A stretch of DNA of 64,000 bases from the NCBI GenBank assembly GCA_022822365.1, contig JAJEBV010000035.1, forward strand, positions 10,082-74,081, given 5' to 3'. The DNA comes from Thermoanaerobaculia bacterium (GTDB lineage Bacteria; Acidobacteriota; Thermoanaerobaculia; Multivoradales; Multivoraceae). Position numbers and translations under genes: made by a program. Shown in pieces: positions 1-10,217 of the stretch (position 1 is the stretch's first letter; every line of letters starts with the position of its first letter). The notes beneath the pieces were generated by a model. The model was given only the letters and a program-made list of their open reading frames with translations, was not told the origin of the DNA and did no database searches.

Positions 1-467
1 GCGACGCTCTGGTCGCCATGGCCGGCGACGACCAGACGAATCTCCTCTGCTCGCTGATCGCCAAGCAGCTCGGGATTCCGAAGGTCGTGACCGGCGTCAG
101 CCAGGACACGAGCAGCGCCCTGTTCGAGCGGGTCGGAATCGACGTCACCCTGAACGCCCGTGCCGCCGCGATCGCCGAGGTGCTGCACCAGATTCAGGCG
201 CCGCGCCTGCAATACCGGGCGACGCTCGAGGCCGGGCGGGCGGAAGTCGTCGAAGTCGCCGTGCCGCCGGACTTCGAGACGACGCGGCTGCGCGAGATGG
301 ACATGCCGACCGGCGTCATCGTCGGCGCCGTCCTGCGGCAATACAACACGATCGTGCCCGGCGGCGACGATGAAGTGCGGGCCGGCGACCGCCTGCTGGT
401 CGTTGCCACGCCAGAGGGCGCGGAGACCGTGGGTCCGGCCTTCGGTCTGACGCCCGACTCCTCGTAG
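1..467 (+). CDS. trkA: TrkA C-terminal (TrkA-C/RCK_C) fragment of a potassium uptake protein; the 5' end lies outside the window
   Basis: 149-aa ORF ending at 467. Its RCK_C-like sequence (GVIVGAVLRQ...GDRLLVVATPEG) sits directly upstream of trkH. Confidence 0.65.
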   Translation, partial: DALVAMAGDDQTNLLCSLIAKQLGIPKVVTGVSQDTSSALFERVGIDVTLNARAAAIAEVLHQIQAPRLQYRATLEAGRAEVVEVAVPPDFETTRLREMDMPTGVIVGAVLRQYNTIVPGGDDEVRAGDRLLVVATPEGAETVGPAFGLTPDSS

Positions 468-475
468 CGCCGCCC

Positions 476-1954
476 GTGCGCGTCTCGCTGGTCCTCCGCA
501 CGACGTTGGCCCTGGTGGGCTGCTTCGGAGCTGTCCTGCTGGCGCCGTCGGTGGTCGAGGCGGCCTACGGACACAGCCGCAGTGCGATCGCCTTTCTCGG
601 CGCGGCCCTGCTCGCCATTCTGCTGGGGCTCGGTTCCAGGCTCCTGCCGGGCCGGGGACTCGAGATGCGGAGGATGGAAGGGCTCGCGACCGTGGCCGTG
701 GCCTGGCTGTTGCTGGTCCTGATCGGCGCCATCCCTTACTCCGCGAACGGCTTCGCCCCGGCCGACGCGCTGTTCGAGTCGATGTCGGGGCTGACCGGCA
801 CCGGCGCCACGATCCTCACCGACTTCGACGCGGTCAGCGAGGGCATCTTCCTGTGGCGCAGCCTGAGCGAGTGGGTGGGCAGCATGGGCATCATCGCCCT
901 CTTCATCGCCGTGCTGCCCGCGCTTCGCATCGCCGGCCGCCAGATGTTCTTCGCCGAAGCGCCGGGGCCCACGGAGGAGCGCCTCACGCCCCGGATCCGC
1001 AACACGGCGCTCTACCTTTACTCGTTCTACGTCGGCCTGACCGCCCTGGAGATCGGCCTCCTCATCCGGTTCGGCATGCCGCCCTTCGACGCCGTCTGCA
1101 ACTCCCTCTCCACCGTGTCGGCCGGCGGCTTCTCTCCCAACCCGAGCAGCATCGGCGGCTACAGCAGCAGCCTGATCGAGTGGACCGTCATGGCGTTCAT
1201 GCTCCTGGCCGGAGCGAACTACGCCTTCCAGTTCCAGGTTGTTCGGGGCCGACCGCTCACGTTGTTGAGAAGCGAGGAGTTCCGGCTCTACGTCCTGATC
1301 GTGATCTGCGCGACCCTGCTGCTCGCCTGCACGCTGAAGAGCGACGACGTGCCGCTGTGGGAGTGGATCGCCACGGACGCCCTGTCGGAGGAGACGCTGA
1401 GGCGCGCCGGCTTCCAGGCGCTGGCGATCATCACGACGACCGGATTCGCGACCGAGGACTTCGCGCTCTGGGCCCAGGCGAGTCAGACGATCCTTCTGCT
1501 GCTCATGTTCTGCGGCGGCTGCGGCGGTTCAGCAGCCGGCGGCCCGAAGCTCGTGCGGGTATGGCTGATCGCAAAGTCGACCCTGCTCGAACTGTTCCAG
1601 ACCGTCTTTCCGCGGGCCGTGCGGCCGCTGCGCCTGGACGGCCGCCGAGTGCCCGACGACGTGATCCGCGCCGTCGTGTCCTTCCTGCTCCTCTACCTCG
1701 TGCTGTTCGCGCTGAGCGTCGGCGTGGTGGGGCTGGCCGGCACCGACATGCCCACCGCGGTGACCGCCAGCATCGCGACGCTGGGCAACATCGGCCCGGG
1801 CCTCGGAGACGTCGGCCCGTTCGGCAGCTACGCCCACTTTCCCGATGCAATCAAGGTCTACCTGTCTCTCAACATGTGGATCGGCCGGCTCGAGATCATC
1901 ACCGTCCTGATCTTCCTGCACCCCGCCGCCTGGCTGGGCATTCGCTGGCGGTAG
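476..1954 (+). CDS. trkH: TrkH/KtrB-family potassium transporter
   Basis: 492-aa multi-pass membrane protein with the GLTGTGATILTDFD selectivity-filter-like motif. GTG start; adjacent to trkA. Confidence 0.85.
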   Translation: MRVSLVLRTTLALVGCFGAVLLAPSVVEAAYGHSRSAIAFLGAALLAILLGLGSRLLPGRGLEMRRMEGLATVAVAWLLLVLIGAIPYSANGFAPADALFESMSGLTGTGATILTDFDAVSEGIFLWRSLSEWVGSMGIIALFIAVLPALRIAGRQMFFAEAPGPTEERLTPRIRNTALYLYSFYVGLTALEIGLLIRFGMPPFDAVCNSLSTVSAGGFSPNPSSIGGYSSSLIEWTVMAFMLLAGANYAFQFQVVRGRPLTLLRSEEFRLYVLIVICATLLLACTLKSDDVPLWEWIATDALSEETLRRAGFQALAIITTTGFATEDFALWAQASQTILLLLMFCGGCGGSAAGGPKLVRVWLIAKSTLLELFQTVFPRAVRPLRLDGRRVPDDVIRAVVSFLLLYLVLFALSVGVVGLAGTDMPTAVTASIATLGNIGPGLGDVGPFGSYAHFPDAIKVYLSLNMWIGRLEIITVLIFLHPAAWLGIRWR

Positions 1955-2049
1955 CGCCTGTCGGTGCGCGGGCCTTCTGGCCCGCCTGGGGCGAAGCCCC
2001 AAGGAAGTCGCGCTGCCCGAAGGCCGGCGCCCTTCGGGCGCGCCCGCCC

Positions 2050-2259
2050 TCAAGCGCGCTCGAACTCCTCGCGCTCGATCCCCAAGTCCCGCAGAATGGC
2101 CCGTACGGTGCCCGATCTGAGGTCCCGGCTGCCCCAGTTCGGGATCGTCGTGCGCCCTCGCGTGGAACGGCGAATCCAGATCTCGTGACTCCCGCGTGCC
2201 TGACGGTCCAACTCGCAATCGAGGCGCCGCAGCTTGCGGGTGAGTTCGCGGTAGGTCAA
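2050..2259 (-). CDS. hicA: HicA-family toxin (mRNA interferase)
   Basis: 69-aa protein with the typical HicA pattern (TYRELTRKLRRLDCEL...GSHEIW). 4-nt overlap with the upstream hicB. Confidence 0.8.
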   Translation of the reverse strand: MTYRELTRKLRRLDCELDRQARGSHEIWIRRSTRGRTTIPNWGSRDLRSGTVRAILRDLGIEREEFERA

Positions 2260-2519
2260 ACAGCGACCATGACTTCACTGACTCCCCGGTGCTCGCCAAC
2301 GTCTACAGCGGCGGCGGCAACCTCGGGAGGAAGTGGATCGCCATGAGCACGATGAGATTCGATGAAGGCCGTAGTGACGCTTTGCAGGTTCTCCAGTGCA
2401 AGGGCAGCGGTCTCGCCCCAGGCCCGGCAGCCGGGCAACGCGGGGACTTCCGCAAGGTACATGCCCTCCGTGTCTTCCGACGGCTCTCTGAGGACGAACT
2501 CCAGCCTGTACAGCTTCAT
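2256..2519 (-). CDS. hicB: HicB-family antitoxin (UPF0150)
   Basis: 87-aa protein with a HicB N-terminal-like sequence (YLAEVPALPGCRAWGET). Coupled to hicA. Confidence 0.75.
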   Translation of the reverse strand: MKLYRLEFVLREPSEDTEGMYLAEVPALPGCRAWGETAALALENLQSVTTAFIESHRAHGDPLPPEVAAAAVDVGEHRGVSEVMVAV

Positions 2520-2740
2520 GGTGAACCCCTTCGACGACCGTGCGGCACGACCGGCAGCGTCTACCGGCCATCGTCATTCGCAACAAGCGGACGGGTGTCT
2601 TCGTTCGCCGCCACCCGATCATAGTGCCTCCGGCCAAGCCGCCGGCGCCTTCTTCGGCTTCTCAAGGCGAACACGGCGCCGGTCAACTCCACGAACCGAA
2701 CGCTACGCCCGGCTTCTCCCTGCTACAGTGCCCCCGCCCC

Positions 2741-3568
2741 ATGGAACTTCTGGCCTCCGGCTACACGCTGATCGAAGGCCCGCGCGTCGACGCTGCTGAC
2801 CGCCTGTACTTCAGCGACGTCCACAACGGCGGCGTCTACCGCCGCAGTCCTGACGGCGAGATCGAAACGGTGGTGCCCAAGCGCCGCGGCGTCGGCGGTA
2901 TCGCGCTCCACGCCGGCGGCGGCATCGTCTGCTCCGGCCGCAACATCTGCCACGTCAAGGACGGCGTCACGCGGATTCTCTTCGACCCGCCCGACACGCC
3001 TGGCTTCAACGACCTGTTCGTGGACTCGCGCGGCCGCGCGATCACCGGCACCATGCGCACGAACCCCTTCGGCGGGGCCACGGAACGGACTCCCGGCGAG
3101 TGCTGGCGCGTCGATGCGGAAGACCAAGCTACCGAGCTCTACGGCGACATCAGCCTGACCAACGGCATCGGCTTCTCGCCGGACGGCCGCACGCTGTACC
3201 ACGCGGACACCGCCCGCAACCATGTCGTGGCACACGACGTCGAGGACGACGGGAGTTGCGTCGACCGCCGCGCCCTTGCCTCGCCCGACCGTGGCCGCCC
3301 CGACGGACTCGCCGTCGACGAAGAGGGCTGCCTCTGGGTCGCCTGCTTCGCCGGCGGCTGTGTGACCCGCTTCGATGCCGAGGGCAGGATCCTCAGCCAC
3401 CTGGAAGTTCCCGCGAAGAACATCACCAGCGTCTGCTTCGGCGGCAGCGACCGTCGCGATCTCTACGTCGTCACGGCCGGTGACCCGGACGACCCCGAAA
3501 GCAGCGGCTCGATCTTCCGGACCCGGGCGACCGTGGCCGGACTGGCTGTGCCGATGGCAACGATCTGA
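2741..3568 (+). CDS. SMP-30/gluconolactonase/LRE-like protein
   Basis: Regucalcin/gluconolactonase-like beta-propeller sequence (IEGPRVD...LYFSDVHNG...NGIGFSPDGRTLYHADT). Internal ATG at 2741 chosen over the ORF-track start at 2540, whose N-terminal extension is low-complexity. Confidence 0.65.
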   Translation: MELLASGYTLIEGPRVDAADRLYFSDVHNGGVYRRSPDGEIETVVPKRRGVGGIALHAGGGIVCSGRNICHVKDGVTRILFDPPDTPGFNDLFVDSRGRAITGTMRTNPFGGATERTPGECWRVDAEDQATELYGDISLTNGIGFSPDGRTLYHADTARNHVVAHDVEDDGSCVDRRALASPDRGRPDGLAVDEEGCLWVACFAGGCVTRFDAEGRILSHLEVPAKNITSVCFGGSDRRDLYVVTAGDPDDPESSGSIFRTRATVAGLAVPMATI

Positions 3569-3589
3569 GAGACGAGAGGCCTACGCAGC

Positions 3590-4621
3590 GTGAACGAAGA
3601 AGAACCGAACCTGGGGAAGATCCAGAAGGTCAAACTTCGAGAAGGCTGGCCCAACGAAGCGGCGGACCTGACGCCATGGCTGGCCAAGCATCCAGAACTG
3701 CTCTCCGAAACGCTGGGCATCGGTGACCTCGAAGTCAAGGAAATCGAGAAGAGTGTAGGGGGCTACCGGGCCGATCTCGTACTGAAAGGAGTTGACGGCA
3801 CCGTCGTCGTCGAGAATCAACTCGGCCACACCGACCACGACCACCTCGGCAAGCTCATCACGTACGGAGCAGGCGAAAGGGCACAGACCGTGGTCTGGCT
3901 CGCAAGGAGCTTCCGGGACGAGCATCGAGCGGCCGTCGACTGGCTCAACGACATCTCGGAGGGCACGGACTTCTTCGGCGTGGAACTCGAACTCTGGCGG
4001 ATCGATGACTCAAGGCCGGCGCCACGACTGAACGTCGTCGCCAAGCCGAACGACTGGTCACGGGAGGCCACACGAACGAGGCGGGCGGAGGAACGGTCTC
4101 CGACAAAGGAGACGCAACTCCGCTATTGGACAGCGTTCCGAGAAGTCCTACTTTCCGCAGAAGGACCCGCAACGCCAACCAAGGCCCTGCCGCAGCATTG
4201 GATGAACGTGTCCATCGGCCGCACCGGCTTCAGACTCGCCGCCGCTACCAACTCGCAGGACTCGTGGATTCGCGCCGAACTGTACTTGGACCACAGCGTA
4301 CTGAAGAAGCGGGCACCTTATCGCGACGCCAACGCCTACTTTGAGGCCCTTGAGCTAGCCCACGAGGTGATCGAGCGAGAACTCGGTCTCTCCTTGGACT
4401 GGGAAGATCTCCCTGCCAGCGACTCCTGTCGTATTGCCACCTACAAGGAGTGCGACCCGACCGACGAGTCCGACTGGCCCAAGCAGCACGAGTGGTTCGC
4501 GGACCGCCTGAACCGGCTGCACCGTGTCCTGGCCCCGCGTGTCAAGGTGCTCAAGCCTGTTGACGACGCCGAAGCCGAGTCGACCGCCGACGCTACGGAT
4601 CCGAATCCGTCGTCCAACTGA
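3590..4621 (+). CDS. PD-(D/E)XK nuclease-like protein, DUF4268-like
   Basis: 343 aa. N-terminal nuclease-like motifs (GGYRADLVL...VVENQLGHTDHDHLGKLITY); GTG start with an upstream GAGAGG. Confidence 0.5.
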   Translation: MNEEEPNLGKIQKVKLREGWPNEAADLTPWLAKHPELLSETLGIGDLEVKEIEKSVGGYRADLVLKGVDGTVVVENQLGHTDHDHLGKLITYGAGERAQTVVWLARSFRDEHRAAVDWLNDISEGTDFFGVELELWRIDDSRPAPRLNVVAKPNDWSREATRTRRAEERSPTKETQLRYWTAFREVLLSAEGPATPTKALPQHWMNVSIGRTGFRLAAATNSQDSWIRAELYLDHSVLKKRAPYRDANAYFEALELAHEVIERELGLSLDWEDLPASDSCRIATYKECDPTDESDWPKQHEWFADRLNRLHRVLAPRVKVLKPVDDAEAESTADATDPNPSSN

Positions 4622-4798
4622 GCACGTTCCCCTCGTCGGACAGCAGCACCGTCCCCGGCATGACGCGAAGCCACCCGGGCTCCAACCACGGCACGGCGAA
4701 TCCCGGACTGTCGGAGCCGCCCAAGGACCGATACTCCGCCTCGCTTGTACGATAGTCACCGGCAGAGTCGCGACCTCAACACCCTGGAGACTCCGAAG

Positions 4799-5251
4799 AT
4801 GGGCAAGGTGCAATCCGCAAGCAGGACCACCGACGCCACGGATCTCCAGGCCCGCCTGACCCGCGCCCTGAAGCCACGGCCCGAGGTCCTCGATGCCTAC
4901 CTCTGCGGTTCGCAGGCGCGCGGCGACGCGGGCGCCCTGAGCGATATCGATGTCGCCGTCTTCATCGACGAAGACCTCGCCGAGCCGGGCCCGTACGGCT
5001 ACGATGCAGAACTCATCACCGACCTCATGACCGAGCTGGGAACGAACGACATCGACGTCGTCCTCCTGAACCAGGCGCCACCGCTGCTCTACCACCGCGT
5101 CCTGCGTGACGGCAAACTGCTGGTGACCCGCGACCTGGCGGCCACGACCACGCGCGCCGGCTACGCTCTCTCCCGCTACCTCGACTTCGTTCCGCAAATG
5201 GAGAAACAGGCCGCCGCCCGCCGCTACGCGAAAAACAACCGCCGGGCTTGA
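4799..5251 (+). CDS. MntA-like minimal nucleotidyltransferase (antitoxin-type) with no adjacent HepT
   Basis: GS-x10-DxD nucleotidyltransferase motif (CGSQARGDAGALSDIDVAVF). The ATG at 4799 is preceded by GGAGA. Confidence 0.6.
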   Translation: MGKVQSASRTTDATDLQARLTRALKPRPEVLDAYLCGSQARGDAGALSDIDVAVFIDEDLAEPGPYGYDAELITDLMTELGTNDIDVVLLNQAPPLLYHRVLRDGKLLVTRDLAATTTRAGYALSRYLDFVPQMEKQAAARRYAKNNRRA

Positions 5252-5297
5252 GCCCGGGCCAGGCGCTGGTTGGTCGGCTGACGCCAGAGCTCAGTCC

Positions 5298-6738
5298 CTA
5301 CGAACCCAGGCGCTCGACTTCGTAGACCACCCGGCCGAAGACGTCGCGGTGCCGCAGGACGATCCGCGGCAGGTCACCGACCCAGTCGACGTCGACGCTG
5401 AGGAACCCGCCGCCGACGCGGTGGAAGCGGTGGTACTCCGGGTCTTCCCCCGGGGTGCCGCCGGCGTGGGCGTCGCTGGCCGGGCCGACGGAGAACTCGT
5501 TGAGCCCGGTCTCGGGGTGAACCGAGTGGTACTGCCAGTGGCGGTCGCCGACGATGACCAGGAAGCGGTCGTCCAGGTTCGCGCGGAACCACTCGCGGAT
5601 CGCGTCGCCTTCGTGGCTGAAGGTCGCGTTGGCGTGATTGTCGGCCTTGTTGCTGCGATCCGGGCCGACGATCGGCGTGGGCGAAACGAGCACCTTCCAG
5701 TCCGCGTCGCTGGCGAGCAGGGACTCCCGCAGCCAGCGCCACTGCTCGGCGCCCCAGATCGTCTTGCCGGGACCGTCCGGCATGTCGTTGGGCGAACGGA
5801 AGTCGCGGCCTTCGACCAGCCAGAGCTGCAGCCCTTTGCCCCAGCGGATGGTCCGGTACGGGCGTTCCGGCGCCGGGTTCTGCTCCGCGAAGAGCGCCAG
5901 CCCCTCCTCGAAGGTCAGCGGCGCGACGATGCCGGACTCGATCCCGGGCCACGAGTCGTTCAGGAGCAGGTCGTGGTCGTCCTTGAGCCAGTAGCCGGGG
6001 ACCGAACGCAGGAAGGACGCGATCGCCGGCAGGGTGAACATCCGCTGCCAGTGGTAGCGCGCCAGCTCCACCGACGTGGCGCGAGGCGACTCGCTGTCCA
6101 GGTAGACGTTGTCGCCGATCGACAGGTAGAAGTCGGGCCTGCGGGCGGCCATCGAAGGATAGATCTGGAAGCCGTCCGGCCGATCGCGCCGGCCGTAGAA
6201 CTGACAGGTCATCGCGGTGAAGCGAATCGGCCGCCGCTGGTCAGGCGCCGGCGCGGTGCGGAAACTCGCCGTCTCGATGGCGCTCGTTGTGCCGCCCGCA
6301 GTCGGACGCGCGTCGACGGTGACCAGGTAGCCGGTATCAGGCGTCAACTCGTCGAAGGCCACCTGACGAGTGAAGTCGCCGTCCGAATCCGTCGGCAGCC
6401 AGCCGGAGACACGCACCGAATTCGCACCGTCGTTGGTGCCGATCGGCTCGGCGCCACGGAGCGTGACCCTGACCTCCCCGTCCGCACCCGGGACGGCGCC
6501 CTCGAGCGACGAGACGTCCACCCCCGCCGCGAGGGTGACGACGGGCCGGCCCGAGATCTCCCGCCCGGCCCGCCGCCGCGGTTCGGCCGTGGTCCGGGTC
6601 CAGACCACCGCAGAGGTCGCGGTCACCTCCCCCACCCGGACGCCGCTGGCGAGGAACACCGCGTCCGCCGCGTCGGCGGCCGGCTGCGCCGCCGCCGCGC
6701 CGGCCAGCAGGACGAGCGCGATGAGAGAGCGAATCAAC
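5298..6738 (-). CDS. phoD: Alkaline phosphatase D (PhoD-family metallophosphatase) with a signal peptide
   Basis: PhoD-like metallophosphatase sequence (GDNVYLDS...WLKDDHDL...GDRHWQYHS). Probable TTG start at 6738 overlapping the SDR stop. The upstream part of the 802-aa ORF is an alternate-frame artefact. Confidence 0.75.
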
Positions 6739-7501
6739 CGCAGCCCAGCACTCCGCCGTCGACGGTGAAGGTCTGGCCCGTGGTCCACGAGCCGGCCCGC
6801 GACGCGAGGTAGACCGCGATGCCCGCGCAGTCGACCGGCTCGCCGAGGCGCCGCAGCGGTGTCCTCCCGGCGACCGCCTGCTCCCGCTGCGGGTCCTCCC
6901 ACAGGGCGCGGGCGAAGTTCGTCTTGACCAGGCCGGGGCAGACGGCGTTGACGCGGATGTTGTCGGGACCGAACTCCGCCGCCAGGTTCCGCGCGAGCTG
7001 CATGTCCGCCGCCTTGGAGATCGCGTAGGCGCCGAGCATCGAGTTGCCGCGGAAGCCGCCGACCGAGGACACGATGACGATCGACCCGTCCTTGCGCTCC
7101 TGCATCTCGGGAATCACCATCTGGCACAGCCAGTGGACGCTCTTGATGTTGACCTCCATCACCTTGTCGAACGCCGAGTCCGGAATGCCCAGGCTCGAGC
7201 CGAAGTACGGATTGACCGCGGCGTTGACGACCAGATTGTCGATCTTGCCCCAGCGCTCCCGGGTCGCCGCGACCAGCCGTTCCAACTGGTCCTTGTGGCC
7301 GACGTGGCAGGGGTGCGCCACCGCCTCGCCGCCGCTCTCGTTGATCGATGCCGCGACCGCGTCGCAGGCATCCGCCTTGCGGCTCGAGATGACCACCTTC
7401 GAACCAAAGGCGGCCAGGGCTTCGGCCATCGCCTTGCCGATACCCTTCGTCGATCCGGTGATGACGCTCACCTTGCCAGTGAGATCGAAGAGATCCTTCA
7501 T
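6734..7501 (-). CDS. SDR-family oxidoreductase
   Basis: TGSTKGIGKA Rossmann motif and YxxxK (YAISKAA); 255 aa. Confidence 0.85.
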   Translation of the reverse strand: MKDLFDLTGKVSVITGSTKGIGKAMAEALAAFGSKVVISSRKADACDAVAASINESGGEAVAHPCHVGHKDQLERLVAATRERWGKIDNLVVNAAVNPYFGSSLGIPDSAFDKVMEVNIKSVHWLCQMVIPEMQERKDGSIVIVSSVGGFRGNSMLGAYAISKAADMQLARNLAAEFGPDNIRVNAVCPGLVKTNFARALWEDPQREQAVAGRTPLRRLGEPVDCAGIAVYLASRAGSWTTGQTFTVDGGVLGCG

Positions 7502-7578
7502 CGTGCGCTTCTCCTTGTACGAAGGTTGAGGGCCGCAGAGGGTAGCAGCCCGCGGCCGCTGCTACAGTCCCCGCCGCG

Positions 7579-8754
7579 ATGACAGACGCCCAAGGCACAG
7601 GCGGCCCACCCGCGAACCCGATTCCCATGCGAGTCGGCATGACCGCTCCTGAAGCGTTCCCGGCCGCGGAGATGGCCGAGGCGGCCGGCCGCGCGATCCT
7701 CGACATCGGGAAGGACTTCGCCTTCTACCCCGGCGATCTCGGCCATGCCGGCCTGCGCGAGGTGCTCGCCCGGCGCGAAGCGGATCGCGAAGGCGTGGAG
7801 TTCGACGCCGACGAGATCGCTCTGACCAACGGCTCCATGCAGGCAGTGACCCTGGTGGGCAGGGTGCTGATGGAAAGGCCCGGCGACATCGTGATCACGG
7901 AGGAGACGACCTACTCGGGCACGCTCGGCGCCTACCGGGGGCTCGGCTATCGCCTGGTCGGCGTGCCGGTCGACGAACAGGGCATGGACGTCGGCGCCCT
8001 GCGCCGGACACTCGCGAGCCATGCGGCGGACGGTCACAAGCCGCGCTTCATCTACACGCTGCCGACCTACCACAACCCCACCGGTGCGGTGATGCCCCGC
8101 GAGCGTCGCCTCGGGATGATTGAGGCCGCCCGCGAGTTCGATGTCCTCCTGGTCGAGGACAACTGCTACGCCGACGTCCACTACGACGACGCGCCCCGAC
8201 CGCCGCGGAGCCTCTACACGCTGGCGAATGGCGACGGCGTCGTCTACATCGGTTCGCTGTCCAAGATCCTCGGCGCCGGCGTCCGGATCGGCTACTTTCT
8301 GGCCAGACAACCCCTGCAGCAGCGCTTCCTCGACGAGCGCTACGACGCCGGCCAGAGCACGCTGTCATCGAGCATCGTCGCGGAACTGCTGCGCGGACGC
8401 CTGCCGGCGCAGATCGAGCGCAACAACGCCGCCCTGCTACCGAAGCGCGACGCGTTGCTGGCGGCACTCGGCGAGCAACTCGGCGGCGTCTGCACCTGGC
8501 GCAAGCCGGCCGGCGCCATGTTCCTCTGGGTCGGCCTGCCGAAGGAAGTGGACCGCGAAGCGCTGTTCGCCCTGAGTGAGCGGCGCGGCCTCGACTACGG
8601 CTACGGCGCCGCCTACCACGCCGGAGGCGACGACGTGCCGTTCCTGCGCCTCGCCTACGCGTGCCCCTCCGCCGACCGGATCCGCGAAGGAGTGGAGCTG
8701 CTGGCGGAGTGCCTGCGGGAAGTGGCGCCGGAGAGTTTCGCTCAGTCCACGTAG
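7579..8754 (+). CDS. PLP-dependent aminotransferase (class I/II, MocR/2-aminoadipate transaminase-like)
   Basis: HNPTG...SLSKILGAGVRIGY lysine-PLP region; 391 aa. Confidence 0.8.
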   Translation: MTDAQGTGGPPANPIPMRVGMTAPEAFPAAEMAEAAGRAILDIGKDFAFYPGDLGHAGLREVLARREADREGVEFDADEIALTNGSMQAVTLVGRVLMERPGDIVITEETTYSGTLGAYRGLGYRLVGVPVDEQGMDVGALRRTLASHAADGHKPRFIYTLPTYHNPTGAVMPRERRLGMIEAAREFDVLLVEDNCYADVHYDDAPRPPRSLYTLANGDGVVYIGSLSKILGAGVRIGYFLARQPLQQRFLDERYDAGQSTLSSSIVAELLRGRLPAQIERNNAALLPKRDALLAALGEQLGGVCTWRKPAGAMFLWVGLPKEVDREALFALSERRGLDYGYGAAYHAGGDDVPFLRLAYACPSADRIREGVELLAECLREVAPESFAQST

Positions 8755-10172
8755 CCCAGCGCCCTGAGACGCCGGCGCACGTCCTCGTCGAGCTGGTCGT
8801 CCTCGATCTCTTTGGCGGAGACGATCTCACCGGCCAGGTTGCGCTCCGCCAGCAGGGCGAGCATCCGCTCCACGATGTCCGGCCGGTCGGCGGCCACGTC
8901 CTTCAACTCGCCCGGATCCGCATCCAGGTCGAAGAGCATCGGCGCCGTCCCATGCGAGGGCGACTGTGGCAGCACCAGCTTGTAGGGGCCGCGGATCACG
9001 GAGGCGGCCCGGTGGCCGTCCACGTCGAGGTGGGTGTAGACGTCCAGGGGTGCGTCGCCGCGGCGCCGAGGCGCCAGCAGGTCGCGTCCGTCGGTGGGCG
9101 GCGCCTCGATGCCCAGGTAAGCGAGCAGCGTCGGCAGGACGTCGACGTGCTGCGCCGGCTCTTCCACGCGCCGCGGCGGCACCCCGGGCAGGCGCATGAC
9201 CAGCGGGACCCGCAGCACCTCCTCGTAGAGCGACAGGCCGTGCTCCCAGCGTCCGTGCTCCGCGAACTCCTCGCCGTGGTCGGAGAGATAGATCACCGCC
9301 GTGTCCTCGACCAGGCCGCGCGCCTCCAGCTCGTCGAGCAACTCGCCGAAGGCGCGGTCGTTCTGGGCCACCTCGGCGTCGTACAGCCGCGAAAGCGCGC
9401 CGGCGGTCTCCGGCCCGGGTTCCACGTCGCCGCGGTTCAACCCCAGCAGGTAGCGGACGGTCCGGTAATGCGCCGGCGCGCCGCCGGCCTCGAACATCTC
9501 CTCGAACTCGGGCGCGGGGTCGTAGGGTCCGTGGGGGTCGATCGCGTGCAGGAAGAGAAAGAACGGCTCCTCCGCGCCCTGCCGTTCGTCGAGCCACAAG
9601 CGCACCCGGTCCAGCATCGTCTCGTCCCGCTCGCGGTCCTCGCTGCGGAAGCGGCTGAACCCCTGGGCGAAGCCGAAGGCGCGACCGACGTTCGGATTGC
9701 GAACCAGGCCCATGCCCTCGTAGCCGTGGACGGCCAGGATTTCGGCCAGGGTCGTCGCGTCCTCGGGCAGCACGGAACGGCGGCCGACGGTGCGATGCGC
9801 CGGCGGCAGCAGGCCGGTGAACAGGGAGGCCACCGCGGGCCGCGTCCACGAGGACTGGGCGTAGGCGTTCTCGAAGAGGACCGCTTCCTCCGCGAAGGCG
9901 TCGAGGCGCGGCGAGGTCGGCTTCCCGTAGCCGTAGACGCCGAGGCGGTCGGCGCGGACGGTGTCGACGACGTAGAGGACGATGTTCGGCCGCCGGACGG
10001 CCGCGTCGCCCGGCGCTTCGCCTCCGCAGCCGGCCAGCGGGGCCGCCAGCACGACTGCCGAGACGAGCCGCCCGATCGCAGGAAGGCCCGACGACCGGGA
10101 CGCCGCGCGCGATCGCGGCCTCAACCGGCCGGCGAAGCGAATCGCGGCTTCGGTTGCGTGGTCATTAGGCAC
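8742..10172 (-). CDS. Sulfatase-like hydrolase (alkaline phosphatase superfamily) lipoprotein
   Basis: N-terminal metal-binding motif (IVLYVVDTVRADRLGVYGY), LAGC lipobox, 476 aa. Confidence 0.75.
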   Translation of the reverse strand: MPNDHATEAAIRFAGRLRPRSRAASRSSGLPAIGRLVSAVVLAAPLAGCGGEAPGDAAVRRPNIVLYVVDTVRADRLGVYGYGKPTSPRLDAFAEEAVLFENAYAQSSWTRPAVASLFTGLLPPAHRTVGRRSVLPEDATTLAEILAVHGYEGMGLVRNPNVGRAFGFAQGFSRFRSEDRERDETMLDRVRLWLDERQGAEEPFFLFLHAIDPHGPYDPAPEFEEMFEAGGAPAHYRTVRYLLGLNRGDVEPGPETAGALSRLYDAEVAQNDRAFGELLDELEARGLVEDTAVIYLSDHGEEFAEHGRWEHGLSLYEEVLRVPLVMRLPGVPPRRVEEPAQHVDVLPTLLAYLGIEAPPTDGRDLLAPRRRGDAPLDVYTHLDVDGHRAASVIRGPYKLVLPQSPSHGTAPMLFDLDADPGELKDVAADRPDIVERMLALLAERNLAGEIVSAKEIEDDQLDEDVRRRLRALGYVD

Positions 10173-10217
10173 GGCGACCGAACCGTAGCAGCGCCGCTCC
10201 TGCTACCCTCCGCCGCG

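Noticed and set aside
5298-7706. 802-aa ORF on the minus strand that looks like one huge protein
   Set aside because: Only the C-terminal 480 aa or so (PhoD) are real. The N-terminal part is an alternate frame running through the well-supported SDR gene (6734-7501). PhoD most likely starts at the TTG at 6738.
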